NCBI GenBank assembly: GCA_016839365.1 | Contig: JAEOUH010000070.1 | Span: 4,166-68,165, forward strand | Reading direction: 5' to 3' | Length of the DNA stretch: 64,000 nt | Source: Candidatus Hermodarchaeota archaeon | GTDB lineage: Archaea > Asgardarchaeota > Hermodarchaeia > Hermodarchaeales > Hermodarchaeaceae | Shown: in pieces, positions 36,516-46,075 of the stretch | Position numbering within the stretch: position 1 is the stretch's first letter | Layout: every line of letters begins with the position of its first letter | Notes under the pieces: model-generated | Told to the model about the DNA's origin: nothing | The model's database searches: none | Seen by the model: only the letters and a program-made list of their open reading frames with translations | Made by a program: the position numbers and the translations under genes

Positions 36516-37202
36516 CTAGCCTCGGCTACCGGTTAGACGGCCATCCGACATAGTCCAATGGCGGTCTGCATACTTGACGAGTTCTTGGTCGTGGGTGACG
36601 ACGACGAAGGTGATTTTCTCATCCTTATTGAGTTTGCGGAGAAGCTGCATGATTGATGCGCCGGTTTTGGTGTCGAGGTCGCCAGTCGGTTCATCGGCGA
36701 AGACAACTTTTGGTCTGTTGACTAAAGCTCGGGCGATGGCCGTTCGCTGTTGTTCTCCACCGGACAGTTGTCGTGGTATGTGATCTTTCCGTTCCACCAT
36801 ATCAACAGCTCGAATGACCTCCATCGCTCGATCTTCGATTTCTTTGCCTTTGAGAGTTGTTGGCCAGAGAGGAGCAGCAACATTCTCATACACTGTCATA
36901 GTGGAGATAAGGTTGAAGAGTTGGAAGATGAACCCGATTTTTTCTTGTCGGATTTTTGGCAAGATTCGTTCATCAATGACGGTGAGGTCCATTTGGTCAA
37001 AGATAATTCGGCCATCCGTTGGGCGGTCAAGGCCTGATAAGACGTTTAGAAGTGTTGTCTTGCCACACCCGCTTTTTCCTTCAATGACAATGAATTCGCC
37101 GGATTGGATAGTCAGATTAATGTCACGGAGGGCATGGATAATCTCACGCCCGCGTCGATATTCCTTCTGAACTTTTTGTGCAACAATAATATCGTCTGGC
37201 AT
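36516..37202 (-). CDS. ABC transporter ATP-binding protein (MacB/LolD/FtsE-like)
   Basis: Walker A GKSGCGKTT, Q-loop, signature LSGGEQQR, Walker B VVFADEPTGDLD. Confidence 0.9.
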   Translation of the reverse strand: MPDDIIVAQKVQKEYRRGREIIHALRDINLTIQSGEFIVIEGKSGCGKTTLLNVLSGLDRPTDGRIIFDQMDLTVIDERILPKIRQEKIGFIFQLFNLISTMTVYENVAAPLWPTTLKGKEIEDRAMEVIRAVDMVERKDHIPRQLSGGEQQRTAIARALVNRPKVVFADEPTGDLDTKTGASIMQLLRKLNKDEKITFVVVTHDQELVKYADRHWTMSDGRLTGSRG

Positions 37203-37218
37203 GTCATTTCTTCCTCCA

Positions 37219-37818
37219 TCATTCAGGTCGGGTTAGAGCCCTCATAGGGCTGATGCGCAGAGAACGCCATAGGAGAATGAGAATCCCAGGTAACTGTACC
37301 ACCATCACTGCGGCAAATGATATCAACATGAAGAACGGGTTAATCAAGATAAGTCGGAGTGCATCGGGAATAAAGATGACAGTATTCCCGAGGGGATCAA
37401 AGCTTAACATGATGGCAAAAGAGGCGTAAATGCCGGTCGCCAGGACTCCGAGGACGGCGATGGTTATCACGGCAGCAATTGTAATGAAGATGACTTCTCC
37501 GAGGACCAATTCACGGATATCATGGTTGGACCATCCGACACATTTCAAGGTAGCAATATCGTCACGTCGTCCATGGGCAAGTAGCCAAGAGAAGATGATT
37601 CCCATTATGGTTCCCGCCACAAGAGTCCACCCAATAATCACCATGTAATATGTTAAGACATCTGGATTAACTGGAGGGGTGAAGAGTGTGATGTAGTACT
37701 GTCGAATGATAAACGCAATCCAAGTAAGTAATATGGCGTAGGCGACGAGAAAGACGATAAATCGTCGTGTCGTCCGAATGGTGATGCGCCAAGCTTTGAA
37801 AAATATCCGAAGAACCAT
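37219..37818 (-). CDS. short FtsX-like ABC permease (4 TM, no large extracytoplasmic domain)
   Basis: RRDDIATLKCVGWSNHDIRELVLGEVIFI matches the FtsX-domain core. Adjacent to the ATPase. Confidence 0.65.
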   Translation of the reverse strand: MVLRIFFKAWRITIRTTRRFIVFLVAYAILLTWIAFIIRQYYITLFTPPVNPDVLTYYMVIIGWTLVAGTIMGIIFSWLLAHGRRDDIATLKCVGWSNHDIRELVLGEVIFITIAAVITIAVLGVLATGIYASFAIMLSFDPLGNTVIFIPDALRLILINPFFMLISFAAVMVVQLPGILILLWRSLRISPMRALTRPE

Positions 37819-37896
37819 AATCAGCCTACCTCGTATGCATGGTCACTACTCTCTAATGGAATTCGCCTTAAAACTGCTTTGACTCCTCTGCCTTGG

Positions 37897-38469
37897 CTAT
37901 TTCTCATCTGTTATTCGCTTAACGATGTTTTGTGCATATCGGCTGACCATTCGGGTGGCAAGCTGAATTATCCCAGTCACAACGAGGATAGCGATACAGA
38001 GGATAATGATGTTGGGATAAATTGAATTTGTAATGCTGAATAAATATGGGAAAAGATACTTCCACAATAAATAGATGGCATAGATGCCAGCTAGTGTAAA
38101 GAAGACAACTGAGAAGGCAAAGAGCATGAGAATGATTTGTCCATCTCCACCCGTAATAGCACCAATTCCTTCGCCCAGGACGAAGTGTTTTACACGTCCA
38201 TGGGTTCGGATAAAGAAGCCAAAAAAGAGCATAAAGATTGCGAATGCAACAGCTCCACCAACTAGTAGTAGAAAGATGATGATATCTTGGTTATCTCTGA
38301 TCAGGGCCCAAACTCCGACAAGCCAAAGTGCATAACCGACAAGCGCGCCGATGAGGACCAGGATTGTTAGGAGTTGGATGATGAAGGTTGCGGTTGTTGC
38401 TCCAGAAAAAAGACGACTAAGATTTGATTCTCGTGGTGACTTATCTACCATGGTTTTTCCTACCCTCAA
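37897..38469 (-). CDS. integral membrane protein, hypothetical
   Basis: 190 aa, 5-6 TM helices, upstream of the ABC pair on the same strand. Confidence 0.45.
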   Translation of the reverse strand: MRVGKTMVDKSPRESNLSRLFSGATTATFIIQLLTILVLIGALVGYALWLVGVWALIRDNQDIIIFLLLVGGAVAFAIFMLFFGFFIRTHGRVKHFVLGEGIGAITGGDGQIILMLFAFSVVFFTLAGIYAIYLLWKYLFPYLFSITNSIYPNIIILCIAILVVTGIIQLATRMVSRYAQNIVKRITDEK

Positions 38470-38605
38470 AACAGATTACATACCCTCTGCCTGGTGTTAC
38501 CTCAAAAAGCTTCCGACACCATTTCAAGGCGAAGGCTTATAGGAGCGGGCGGTGCGGGGATTTTAGTTTCACGGTATTGAATAGAAATCGAATGGCGGCA
38601 ACCAT

Positions 38606-39529
38606 ATGGGCTCCCTTACTCCCCTCCAAAAAGACATACAGCGTTTAGCTAAAGCAAATCACACGATCATCTTTTCGCACAATTACCAGCCCCCAGAAAT
38701 CCAAGCCATCGCTGATTATGTGGGGGACAGTTTTGGGTTGTGTCAAAAAGCCCAACAAATCGAAGCGGATACGATTCTTTTCTGTGGGGTCCGGTTCATG
38801 GCCGAGACAGCCGCTATCCTCAACCCCGACAAACTCGTCCTGATCCCTGATCCCTCAGCTAGGTGTCCCATGGCTGCCCAATTGCCTGCTAATCTCATTC
38901 AGGAGGCTAAAAAGCAACATCCTGGGGTTCCAGTGGTCCTATATGTGAATACTACGGCTGAAGCGAAAGCAGAAGCTGACGTCATCTGCACCTCATCAAA
39001 TTTGTGCATCATCCTGAAGGCCCTTGATACTAATCCCGTTCTCTTTGGACCCGATGGAAACATGGCCGAATACGCCCATCATGTGTGCGGATACGAGGTG
39101 ATTCCTATTCCGGATTATGGCTTTTGCCACGTGCATGTGACATTCAGCTTTGATCCCCAAGTTCTCCAATGGAAAGAAACCCATCCCAATGCTAAGCTAC
39201 TCGTCCACCCTGAATGTGCATGGAATATCCAGGAACAAGCTGACTTCATCGGATCCACAGGCCAGATGCTACAATACGCCCGTGCCAGCCCAAATGACAC
39301 CTTCATTATTTGCACTGAAGTAGATCTTGTCACTCGTATGCGTTCGGAAATGCCCGAAAAAACCTTCATTCCTGCTCTGGATTATGCCATCTGCAAGGCT
39401 ATGAAAAAAATCACTCTGGAGAAAGTCAAAGCCAGCTTACTCAACAACCAATACCAAGTCACTGTACCCAAACCTATCGCCGATAAAGCACGAATGGCGA
39501 TCCAGCGTATGCTTGACCTTACAAGTTGA
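38606..39529 (+). CDS. nadA: quinolinate synthase
   Basis: HNYQ.PEIQ..AD.VGDS, VRFMAETA, HPEC motifs. 307 aa. Confidence 0.9.
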   Translation: MGSLTPLQKDIQRLAKANHTIIFSHNYQPPEIQAIADYVGDSFGLCQKAQQIEADTILFCGVRFMAETAAILNPDKLVLIPDPSARCPMAAQLPANLIQEAKKQHPGVPVVLYVNTTAEAKAEADVICTSSNLCIILKALDTNPVLFGPDGNMAEYAHHVCGYEVIPIPDYGFCHVHVTFSFDPQVLQWKETHPNAKLLVHPECAWNIQEQADFIGSTGQMLQYARASPNDTFIICTEVDLVTRMRSEMPEKTFIPALDYAICKAMKKITLEKVKASLLNNQYQVTVPKPIADKARMAIQRMLDLTS

Positions 39530-39600
39530 CTTATTGAGAAATCTAGTAGAGAGAAGGTTTTTAGAAGCGGTCAAAGCCTAGCATATCACAGTGAATACGA

Positions 39601-40503
39601 ATGTCAACAATTCCTCCCCACTCTTTCCCTGAGCTACCCTCACAGCTAGTTCTCCAACGGTTCTATGAGATGCTGGAGGAAGATGTCGGCTTCGGAGACA
39701 TCACCACCAATGCGTTGGTTCCCCCTAATCACCCAGCACATGCCCATCTCTTCACGCGGCAAGCTGGAGTAATTGCAGGACTTAGTATCGCTACCATTGT
39801 ACTACAGGACTTTGGATGTTTTGTTAACCAAAAGCAAAAAGATGGTACAGCTGTTCAGGCTGATACGACCTTGCTCACCGCTGATGGCCGTGCTACTATT
39901 CTTCTCACTCTTGAACGTACACTCCTGAATCTCCTCCAACGGATGAGCGGTATTGCAACGGCAACAGCGAATCTTTTAGCCATCGCTCGCAAAGCCAATC
40001 CCAACATTCGAGTCGCTGCCACCCGGAAAACAGCTCCGCTGCTACGGCTGTTTGATAAACTTGCTGTTATCATTGGAGGTGGGGATCCTCATCGCTGGCG
40101 ACTTGATGATGCCATCTTGATCAAAGATAATCATCTTGCCTTCTACTCGACTCCTGGGGAGGCAGTGAATCAGGCGAGAAACAATTCAAGTTTCTCTACA
40201 TCCATTGAAGTGGAAGTCACGAATGTGAACGAGGCAATTTCAGTGGCCGATGCGGAACCTGATATTATTCTATTAGACAACATGGGACCTCGTGAAATCA
40301 AAAAAGTCGTTTCATCTCTTAGCAAATCACATCCCACAATTCTACTTGAAGCGTCAGGCAACATTACTCCCAATAATATCGCTGAATACGCAAGCACAGG
40401 TGTAGATGTCATCTCAGTGGGGTGGATAACCCACTCCGTTCGAGCGCTTGATCTAAGCATCGATATAACCCCCACCCAAAAGAAAACTCTCTCTGGAGGT
40501 TGA
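39601..40503 (+). CDS. nadC: nicotinate-nucleotide pyrophosphorylase (quinolinate phosphoribosyltransferase)
   Basis: ERTLLNLLQRMSGIAT, TRKT.P, IKDNH, ILLDNM, ASGNIT, ISVG. Confidence 0.9.
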   Translation: MSTIPPHSFPELPSQLVLQRFYEMLEEDVGFGDITTNALVPPNHPAHAHLFTRQAGVIAGLSIATIVLQDFGCFVNQKQKDGTAVQADTTLLTADGRATILLTLERTLLNLLQRMSGIATATANLLAIARKANPNIRVAATRKTAPLLRLFDKLAVIIGGGDPHRWRLDDAILIKDNHLAFYSTPGEAVNQARNNSSFSTSIEVEVTNVNEAISVADAEPDIILLDNMGPREIKKVVSSLSKSHPTILLEASGNITPNNIAEYASTGVDVISVGWITHSVRALDLSIDITPTQKKTLSGG

Positions 40504-40511
40504 GCTAGAAC

Positions 40512-41264
40512 ATGGATTCCAAACCGAATTTTGCAGAGATCGAAAAAAGAACTACAAAATGGTTGCAGAAATACCTTGAGCAAAGTGTTTGCACAGGATT
40601 TGTAGTTGGAATTTCTGGTGGTCTTGATTCGAGCGTCACCTCAATTTTATGTCGTCGAGTCTCAGATGATACTTTGGGTCTGATATTGCCATGTGGTCAT
40701 ACACCTGAAGATGCTGTCCCAGATGCACAAGCCCTTGCGGAACAATTCAATATCGATTATCAAACCTATGATCTCACAGCAGCGTATAATTCCTTACTTC
40801 TGGCTCTAGGTCTTTCTCCAGAAACGCCAACAACGATTCCCTTGGCGAACATCAAGGCTCGTCTTCGAATGGTGGCACTGTATTATGAGGCTAATCAACA
40901 CAATCGGCTTGTGGTTGGCACCGGCAATCGAACCGAAATAGCACTTGGGTTTTTTACAAAGTATGGTGATGGGGCAGTGGACTTACTTCCCTTAGGGGCC
41001 CTCTTGAAACGTGAAGTCAAAGGACTCGGTGCTCATCTAGGTCTACCTGAAAAAATATTAAACAAAATTCCAACTCCTGGATTGTGGCCTGGGCAAACCG
41101 ATGAGGGTGAACTCGGGGCCAGCTATGAACAGCTTGATGACCTTGTCGCAGGGAAAACTCCCAAGGGGTTAACCAAAGCACAAATCACCCATTTCAACGA
41201 GCGAATTATCAACAATGAACACAAACGCACCCTTCCACCCATCTGCCCCCAAGAGCCCTCCTGA
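40512..41264 (+). CDS. nadE: NAD+ synthetase (ammonia-dependent type)
   Basis: PP-loop GISGGLDSSV, GTGNRTE...G.FTKYGDG..D..P. Confidence 0.9.
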   Translation: MDSKPNFAEIEKRTTKWLQKYLEQSVCTGFVVGISGGLDSSVTSILCRRVSDDTLGLILPCGHTPEDAVPDAQALAEQFNIDYQTYDLTAAYNSLLLALGLSPETPTTIPLANIKARLRMVALYYEANQHNRLVVGTGNRTEIALGFFTKYGDGAVDLLPLGALLKREVKGLGAHLGLPEKILNKIPTPGLWPGQTDEGELGASYEQLDDLVAGKTPKGLTKAQITHFNERIINNEHKRTLPPICPQEPS

Positions 41265-41287
41265 AAACGCCGTTAAGTGATTGCACT

Positions 41288-41764
41288 ATGAGTCTCAAAA
41301 AACGAATTCTGGGTCCCATCCTAAGCTTCTTCTATCATAAGAAGATACACGCATTCAAAGTAAAACTCGATGATCAGATCTATTACGTGTGCGCTCGGTG
41401 TTCGGGTCTGTACCTTGGGATTCTACTCGGTTTTCCCATCTCCTTTATCATGCTCCTTGGTTTTCCCATCTTCTATAGTCTCGGTGATCTTGGCACTACA
41501 CTTGTTGCCATATTCATCTCATTACCTGCAATCTTGGATTGGACAACTCAACGACTTGCTTTACGTGAAAGCCGAAACGGCATCCGATTCTGGACAGCAC
41601 TCCCCACAGGCTTTGCCCTGTCCTGGTATCTCATCTCACCTGTCTCATTCTTTGTAAAGATTCCCGTTATGGTCGGAGTTCTCATCTTCCTTGCCATCTT
41701 CTTCTTCATTGATCGGCGAGACTATACAGAAAATGAAAATGAGGAAAATAGGTTCGAACAATAG
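41288..41764 (+). CDS. DUF2085 family membrane protein
   Basis: YYVCARCSGLYLG motif followed by 3-4 TM helices. Confidence 0.6.
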   Translation: MSLKKRILGPILSFFYHKKIHAFKVKLDDQIYYVCARCSGLYLGILLGFPISFIMLLGFPIFYSLGDLGTTLVAIFISLPAILDWTTQRLALRESRNGIRFWTALPTGFALSWYLISPVSFFVKIPVMVGVLIFLAIFFFIDRRDYTENENEENRFEQ

Positions 41765-41775
41765 GCTGAATTCAG

Positions 41776-42615
41776 CTATTTTTGTGCTTTAATTCGCTTT
41801 AACGCAGTCTTTGCTGCATTCTGAACCGTCTCATCAGGATCTAGTGTGGCATCTTCAATATCTTTAGCCGCTTCTTCTGGTAATGATTCCATTGCTCCCA
41901 GTGCTGTGACCGCAATCACTCGTTGTTCCGGTCGGTCTGCTCGTAAGGCTTCAAGAAGACCAGGAATAGCATCGGGACCGATTCGCTCCAAAGCTTTCTG
42001 GGCCGCCAGTCGAACTTCCATGCCCCTATTCTCGTGGATAAATTCCTCTTCGTCTGATAACATATTGATTAGAACTGGGACTGCTTCAGGTGCATCTCTG
42101 CCTAGATTGCCGATGGCTAGAGCAGCTTCTCCTCGTACGACTTCATCGCTATCGGAGAGGGCTTCAATCAGCTGTTCCTTAGCTACTAATGCTGCTGTTC
42201 CCATGTTCGTAAACACTCGGGCTGAAGCGCGTCGTACATCGTCATCATCATGACTCAATAGGTTTGAGAGGGATTCAGCAGCATCTGCTGCATCAGGACC
42301 TAGGTAATAAAGTGCTTCTGCGGCATACCGGCAAATGTCATCCTCATCACTATCAAGCCCGCTAATGAGACTCGGCAACGCTTCAAGGAGTAGAGGATTG
42401 TCGCCAGATTTTGAAGCTATTTCGAAAGCAAAACGCTGCATCGATTCATCTGAATCTTCAAGCAATTCCATAAGGTCTTGCCATGCATCTTCGTCCTCGT
42501 TCACCAGCTGTAAGGCCTTCTGGATTTCGCCTTCTTCAAGCAATTTATAGAGATCTGACACTTGCGACGCCTCGAGGAGGGTCTTTTTCCTGTTATGATA
42601 TGGGCTCATATCCAT
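41776..42615 (-). CDS. HEAT / PBS-lyase-type repeat protein
   Basis: Repeated L...L.D.D..VR..AA.AL..(L/I)G units (DDDVRRASARVF, DSDEVVRGEAALAIGNLG, and others). Confidence 0.8.
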   Translation of the reverse strand: MDMSPYHNRKKTLLEASQVSDLYKLLEEGEIQKALQLVNEDEDAWQDLMELLEDSDESMQRFAFEIASKSGDNPLLLEALPSLISGLDSDEDDICRYAAEALYYLGPDAADAAESLSNLLSHDDDDVRRASARVFTNMGTAALVAKEQLIEALSDSDEVVRGEAALAIGNLGRDAPEAVPVLINMLSDEEEFIHENRGMEVRLAAQKALERIGPDAIPGLLEALRADRPEQRVIAVTALGAMESLPEEAAKDIEDATLDPDETVQNAAKTALKRIKAQK

Positions 42616-42673
42616 TCAAAAAGGTTATCGCCGACCAGCAGAATTTAACTACCCTAATAAGGGGTTCCCAATT

Positions 42674-43897
42674 CTATAGCTGGATCATCCAATCATATTT
42701 TCTTAACCCCAATGCCAGGGTGACAGAGAGCAATTGAACGCCCTGGCTCCCCCGAATATGGTTATCTAAGAACGAGTTCAAAGCGTCACGTGACGCAAAG
42801 CTTGTAAGTAGAATCAGGTTTGCCCTGTCCCCGGTTTCCAGCACCAGTTTCACTTCTTCAACTGCCCGTAGGTCTGTGTTCAGTTTTGGTAACACCTTGG
42901 CATCCACTTCCAATTGAATCAGTGCAATTACTTCCATCCCTACTTGTTGGGGATCAACCAAGGTTGTAAACCCCTTAATCACATTATTCTGCTCGAGGCG
43001 GGAAACTCGGCTCCGCACCGTTGCGTCACTAACCTTCAATCGGCGGGCGATGTTTCGAAAAGATAAACGAGCATCTCGCTGTAGGATATTCAGAATCCGT
43101 CGATCCACATCATCCAGATCGACACGATACTTTCGCCGAGAAGGTTTTTCAGCTTCAGGGGTTGGATGAAATCCCAGATAGTGAATTATATCTCCACGAT
43201 GCACCATGTTCAATCGGTAGATATAGACGGCTTGTTCCGTCATTACAGATGGCTCAGCGGTGTTCTGGCATTGAAAACATCGGAAAACTAATCGAGGCTT
43301 GGCGCCCACCGTTTTACAGTCTAGGCATTGAAAGGCTTCTTCAGATTTGTAGTCCTGCTGCTCACCGCTCAATAATTCTCCACAAGATGGACACCGTAAT
43401 CCCTTATCAGTTTCATACTTCGTTCGGGGTCCAATGAAACCACAGCTGAAATGTTCAATCACTGGATGGCGAACCAAACGGTTCTTCCCACACGAAGGGC
43501 ATTGGGATTGGGGATGTAAGTCTGGCGAGGTACACTCATGACACGTGAAAATCGACTCCGATAACTCCCCCTCTAAAATACCAGCACGACGTAATCCCTC
43601 CAGACGATCTACGGTATCCTTTGCATCCACTTCTAACACCTTCTCAGCTTCAGGATACCGAAACCCGTACGGCGCTGCCACATCAAGTACAGGGACTACT
43701 TCCTCAATTGTCCCATCCAATAACCGTTTGATAAGCAACCACGCGCCATGGTCTTCCAATACCGAGGGTTTAAACGTCACATGCCCACCCGCCGTTGCAC
43801 GATACCCATTATTCACCCGAATCGGGTGCAGATATGCTTTGTCCTTTCTTTGAAAACCACAACATCTCAAACCCAACAACCTAGCGAAATGTAACAC
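42674..43897 (-). CDS. Lrp/AsnC-type regulator fused to an N-terminal multi-zinc-ribbon domain
   Basis: C-terminal LDDVDRRILNILQRDARLSFRNIARRLKVSDATVRSRVSRL plus RAM domain. The N-terminal 250 aa carry four CxxC pairs (CHEC..CPSC, CPSC, CLDC..CFQC). Confidence 0.7.
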   Translation of the reverse strand: MLHFARLLGLRCCGFQRKDKAYLHPIRVNNGYRATAGGHVTFKPSVLEDHGAWLLIKRLLDGTIEEVVPVLDVAAPYGFRYPEAEKVLEVDAKDTVDRLEGLRRAGILEGELSESIFTCHECTSPDLHPQSQCPSCGKNRLVRHPVIEHFSCGFIGPRTKYETDKGLRCPSCGELLSGEQQDYKSEEAFQCLDCKTVGAKPRLVFRCFQCQNTAEPSVMTEQAVYIYRLNMVHRGDIIHYLGFHPTPEAEKPSRRKYRVDLDDVDRRILNILQRDARLSFRNIARRLKVSDATVRSRVSRLEQNNVIKGFTTLVDPQQVGMEVIALIQLEVDAKVLPKLNTDLRAVEEVKLVLETGDRANLILLTSFASRDALNSFLDNHIRGSQGVQLLSVTLALGLRKYDWMIQL

Positions 43898-44039
43898 TTT
43901 TAAGAAGATAACAAACCACGCGCCTGCGCGAAATCATATCATAATGACCTGTTTTTTCGCACCCCATATGGTATATTTTCTACGCAAATGCGCAGTTTAT
44001 ATTACCGGAACTACGCAATCACCGCTTAATAATTAGTTC

Positions 44040-44320
44040 TTCTTGGTAACACAGACTCCGGAAAGCACCCTGGACGTGACGCGGATGTCCGGGCACCTCG
44101 AATAACCCTCCCGCCCGGGGAGCCCTCCAATCCTATCCTCCCAAATCCCTCCTCCCGTTGTCCGAACCTCAGAAATTTTTTCCGAGGTTCCCGGAACCGA
44201 CGAGCGTCCTGTGTCTGAGTTACCCCCCTCCTTGCGGGGATGTAGGGGGATGATCACTCAGGGACGTGCCCGCGCTCTTTGTCGGGCACCTCCACCTTTT
44301 TTCCTGAGACCTCAAACCAC
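44040..44320. ncRNA. candidate structured non-coding RNA (unclassified); strand unresolved
   Basis: Intergenic island visibly richer in G+C than its flanks. At least four perfect 6-7 bp hairpins plus an 11/12 bp long-range helix (44045-44056 with 44213-44224). The only ORF here is low-complexity. No SRP or RNase P signature motifs seen. Confidence 0.5.
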
Positions 44321-44345
44321 GTGCTAATAGAATCCTACTCTGGCA

Positions 44346-45152
44346 TTATTCTGCTGTTGGTTTTGAATAAAGTCTGGTAAGGACAATGCCTAGAATATTT
44401 AGTACCCATGCAGTGGCAACGAGTACGAAGGCATACAGGACAAACGCCACGGTGAACTGCACGGCTGAAATCAACACAGCTCCAAGAAATGATAGAAAGA
44501 GCCCTATCCATCCAATCCATAGCCCACCCTTCATGGATCCCTTCATCCGTTTATTCAGTTGAATGCCAACGTACAAGGGAATCAAAAACATGTAGATTGC
44601 CCCAAGGAAAATCGCATACATCACCAAGACCAAAGGCATGGCAACGTAATTGAGCCAACCGTCTGAAACGGTGAACACTGTGAATGGATTCGGAAGAAGA
44701 AAGAGCAGAGCCACATAGACTGCGCCACCTAACACGATGAGCAGAAATACCCATTTTCGTTTACTGAGGAAGCGGGCGCCGAGACAGAACAATATGATGA
44801 ATAAGCCATGGAGCCCAGCAAACCCCCAGATCACGATGTAAAATGGAAGCAGCTCAACAACACTTGCAGTTGCTGGCAGCATAGCCATTGATATTGCAAA
44901 TACAAGATACATAAGAAGAATCGACAAGACAAACAAAAGCCCAAAGATTCTCGTCCAGCGCGTTTTGCCTTCAGCTCGGTTCACAGCAAGAATCGCAAGT
45001 AATAGAGAACCAAAGGTTATCGCACAAATCAGCACTACAATGGCAAAATGTAGCGGTGTTTCATGAATGAAAAGCAACAAAAATACCCTCCAGCAAGCCC
45101 TCCAACGATTTTCTATAAATACACTTCTATTTTCTCTGAGAGCAACTATCAT
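44346..45152 (-). CDS. 7-TM membrane protein, tandem paralog C
   Basis: 268 aa, seven hydrophobic helices. Shares FIHETPLHF, LLPFYI, VSDGWLNYVAMP and Y.F.IP motifs with the two upstream genes. Confidence 0.65.
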   Translation of the reverse strand: MIVALRENRSVFIENRWRACWRVFLLLFIHETPLHFAIVVLICAITFGSLLLAILAVNRAEGKTRWTRIFGLLFVLSILLMYLVFAISMAMLPATASVVELLPFYIVIWGFAGLHGLFIILFCLGARFLSKRKWVFLLIVLGGAVYVALLFLLPNPFTVFTVSDGWLNYVAMPLVLVMYAIFLGAIYMFLIPLYVGIQLNKRMKGSMKGGLWIGWIGLFLSFLGAVLISAVQFTVAFVLYAFVLVATAWVLNILGIVLTRLYSKPTAE

Positions 45153-45242
45153 TCAACTAAATGGTTTCGGTGAAAAAGGAAGGCAGGCCCATTTCCTGTT
45201 GATTTCAGGTTACGGGCCAGATGATGAACGGGGTTATCCTTG

Positions 45243-46043
45243 CTAGCTTCTTTGTGTCGTTAGGAACCAGGCGATAAGCATGATTATCCAAGCAATGGAT
45301 GCGAGAATGAAGGTATAGATCATGAAAGGTGCTGTGTACTGGACAAGCGCCATGAGCAGTACAGCGATGAACCACAGCAGGCTGCCCAACCAGCCGATCC
45401 AGGTCCACATCTTCATTGATCCTTCACGGGTCTTTGCCAGCCTGTAAAGGGTAAGGGTTGGAACCAGAAACAGATAGATGACTGTCAAGAAAGCGGAGTA
45501 CAACAAGAAGTTTAATGGCATCGCGATGTAGTTGACGACTCCATCTGAGACGACGCTCACTGTTGTTGGTGTCACGTAAAACCACATAATTGCAATCCAA
45601 GAAAACGTTGCCAGGATTGGAAGATACACAAGCCACATTCGCTTCTTAAACCAGGATAGATCGAGGAGATAGAACACCAGGAAGAAAGCATGCAATCCTA
45701 CAAAGGAGTATACGGCAAGATAGTAGGGGAACAGTTCATTAGCTGTTGCTGACGCCGGTAATAAGTAGACGGATGCCGCGAGGATGATGAAGGCGAAGAA
45801 ACCGAAGGCGACTGTCAGGAATCCTGACCAGCCTGAAGGTGATGGTCGATCACTTCGTAGGGTGCCCATTATACCGAGTAGTGCGAAGAAGAGAAGGATG
45901 ATGGCAAGCAGTAGTATGACTCCAAAATGGATAGGTGATTCATGAATGAAGAGCAATCCAAAGAAACCCTCCGCGCACACATCCTTGATATTTGCTATAA
46001 AAACGCTTGCTTTTCCATTAAAAAAGAGAGACCCGATAACCAA
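45243..46043 (-). CDS. 7-TM membrane protein, tandem paralog B
   Basis: 266 aa, seven helices. DVCAEGFFGLLFIHESPIHF, LFPYYL, TPTTVSVVSDGVVNYIAMP. Confidence 0.65.
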   Translation of the reverse strand: MVIGSLFFNGKASVFIANIKDVCAEGFFGLLFIHESPIHFGVILLLAIILLFFALLGIMGTLRSDRPSPSGWSGFLTVAFGFFAFIILAASVYLLPASATANELFPYYLAVYSFVGLHAFFLVFYLLDLSWFKKRMWLVYLPILATFSWIAIMWFYVTPTTVSVVSDGVVNYIAMPLNFLLYSAFLTVIYLFLVPTLTLYRLAKTREGSMKMWTWIGWLGSLLWFIAVLLMALVQYTAPFMIYTFILASIAWIIMLIAWFLTTQRS

Positions 46044-46075
46044 ATTTATTGGTTATCGGATTAAATTTCACAGCG

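Noticed and set aside
44033-44257. 74-aa ORF (minus strand) inside the G+C-rich island
   Set aside because: The composition is low-complexity Gly/Arg/Ser/Pro. It has no SD or plausible start context, and it coincides with stable RNA helices. It is most likely a by-product of G+C-rich sequence.
44040-44320. Identity of the structured island as SRP (7S) RNA or RNase P RNA
   Set aside because: The length would fit, but on neither strand could I find the helix-8 core of archaeal SRP RNA (CAGGCCCGGAAGGGAGCA-like, a GGAA loop closed by CCC/GGG) or the RNase P CR-I/CR-V motifs (GAGGAAAGUCC, ACAGAA...GGCUUA). I kept it as an unclassified candidate.
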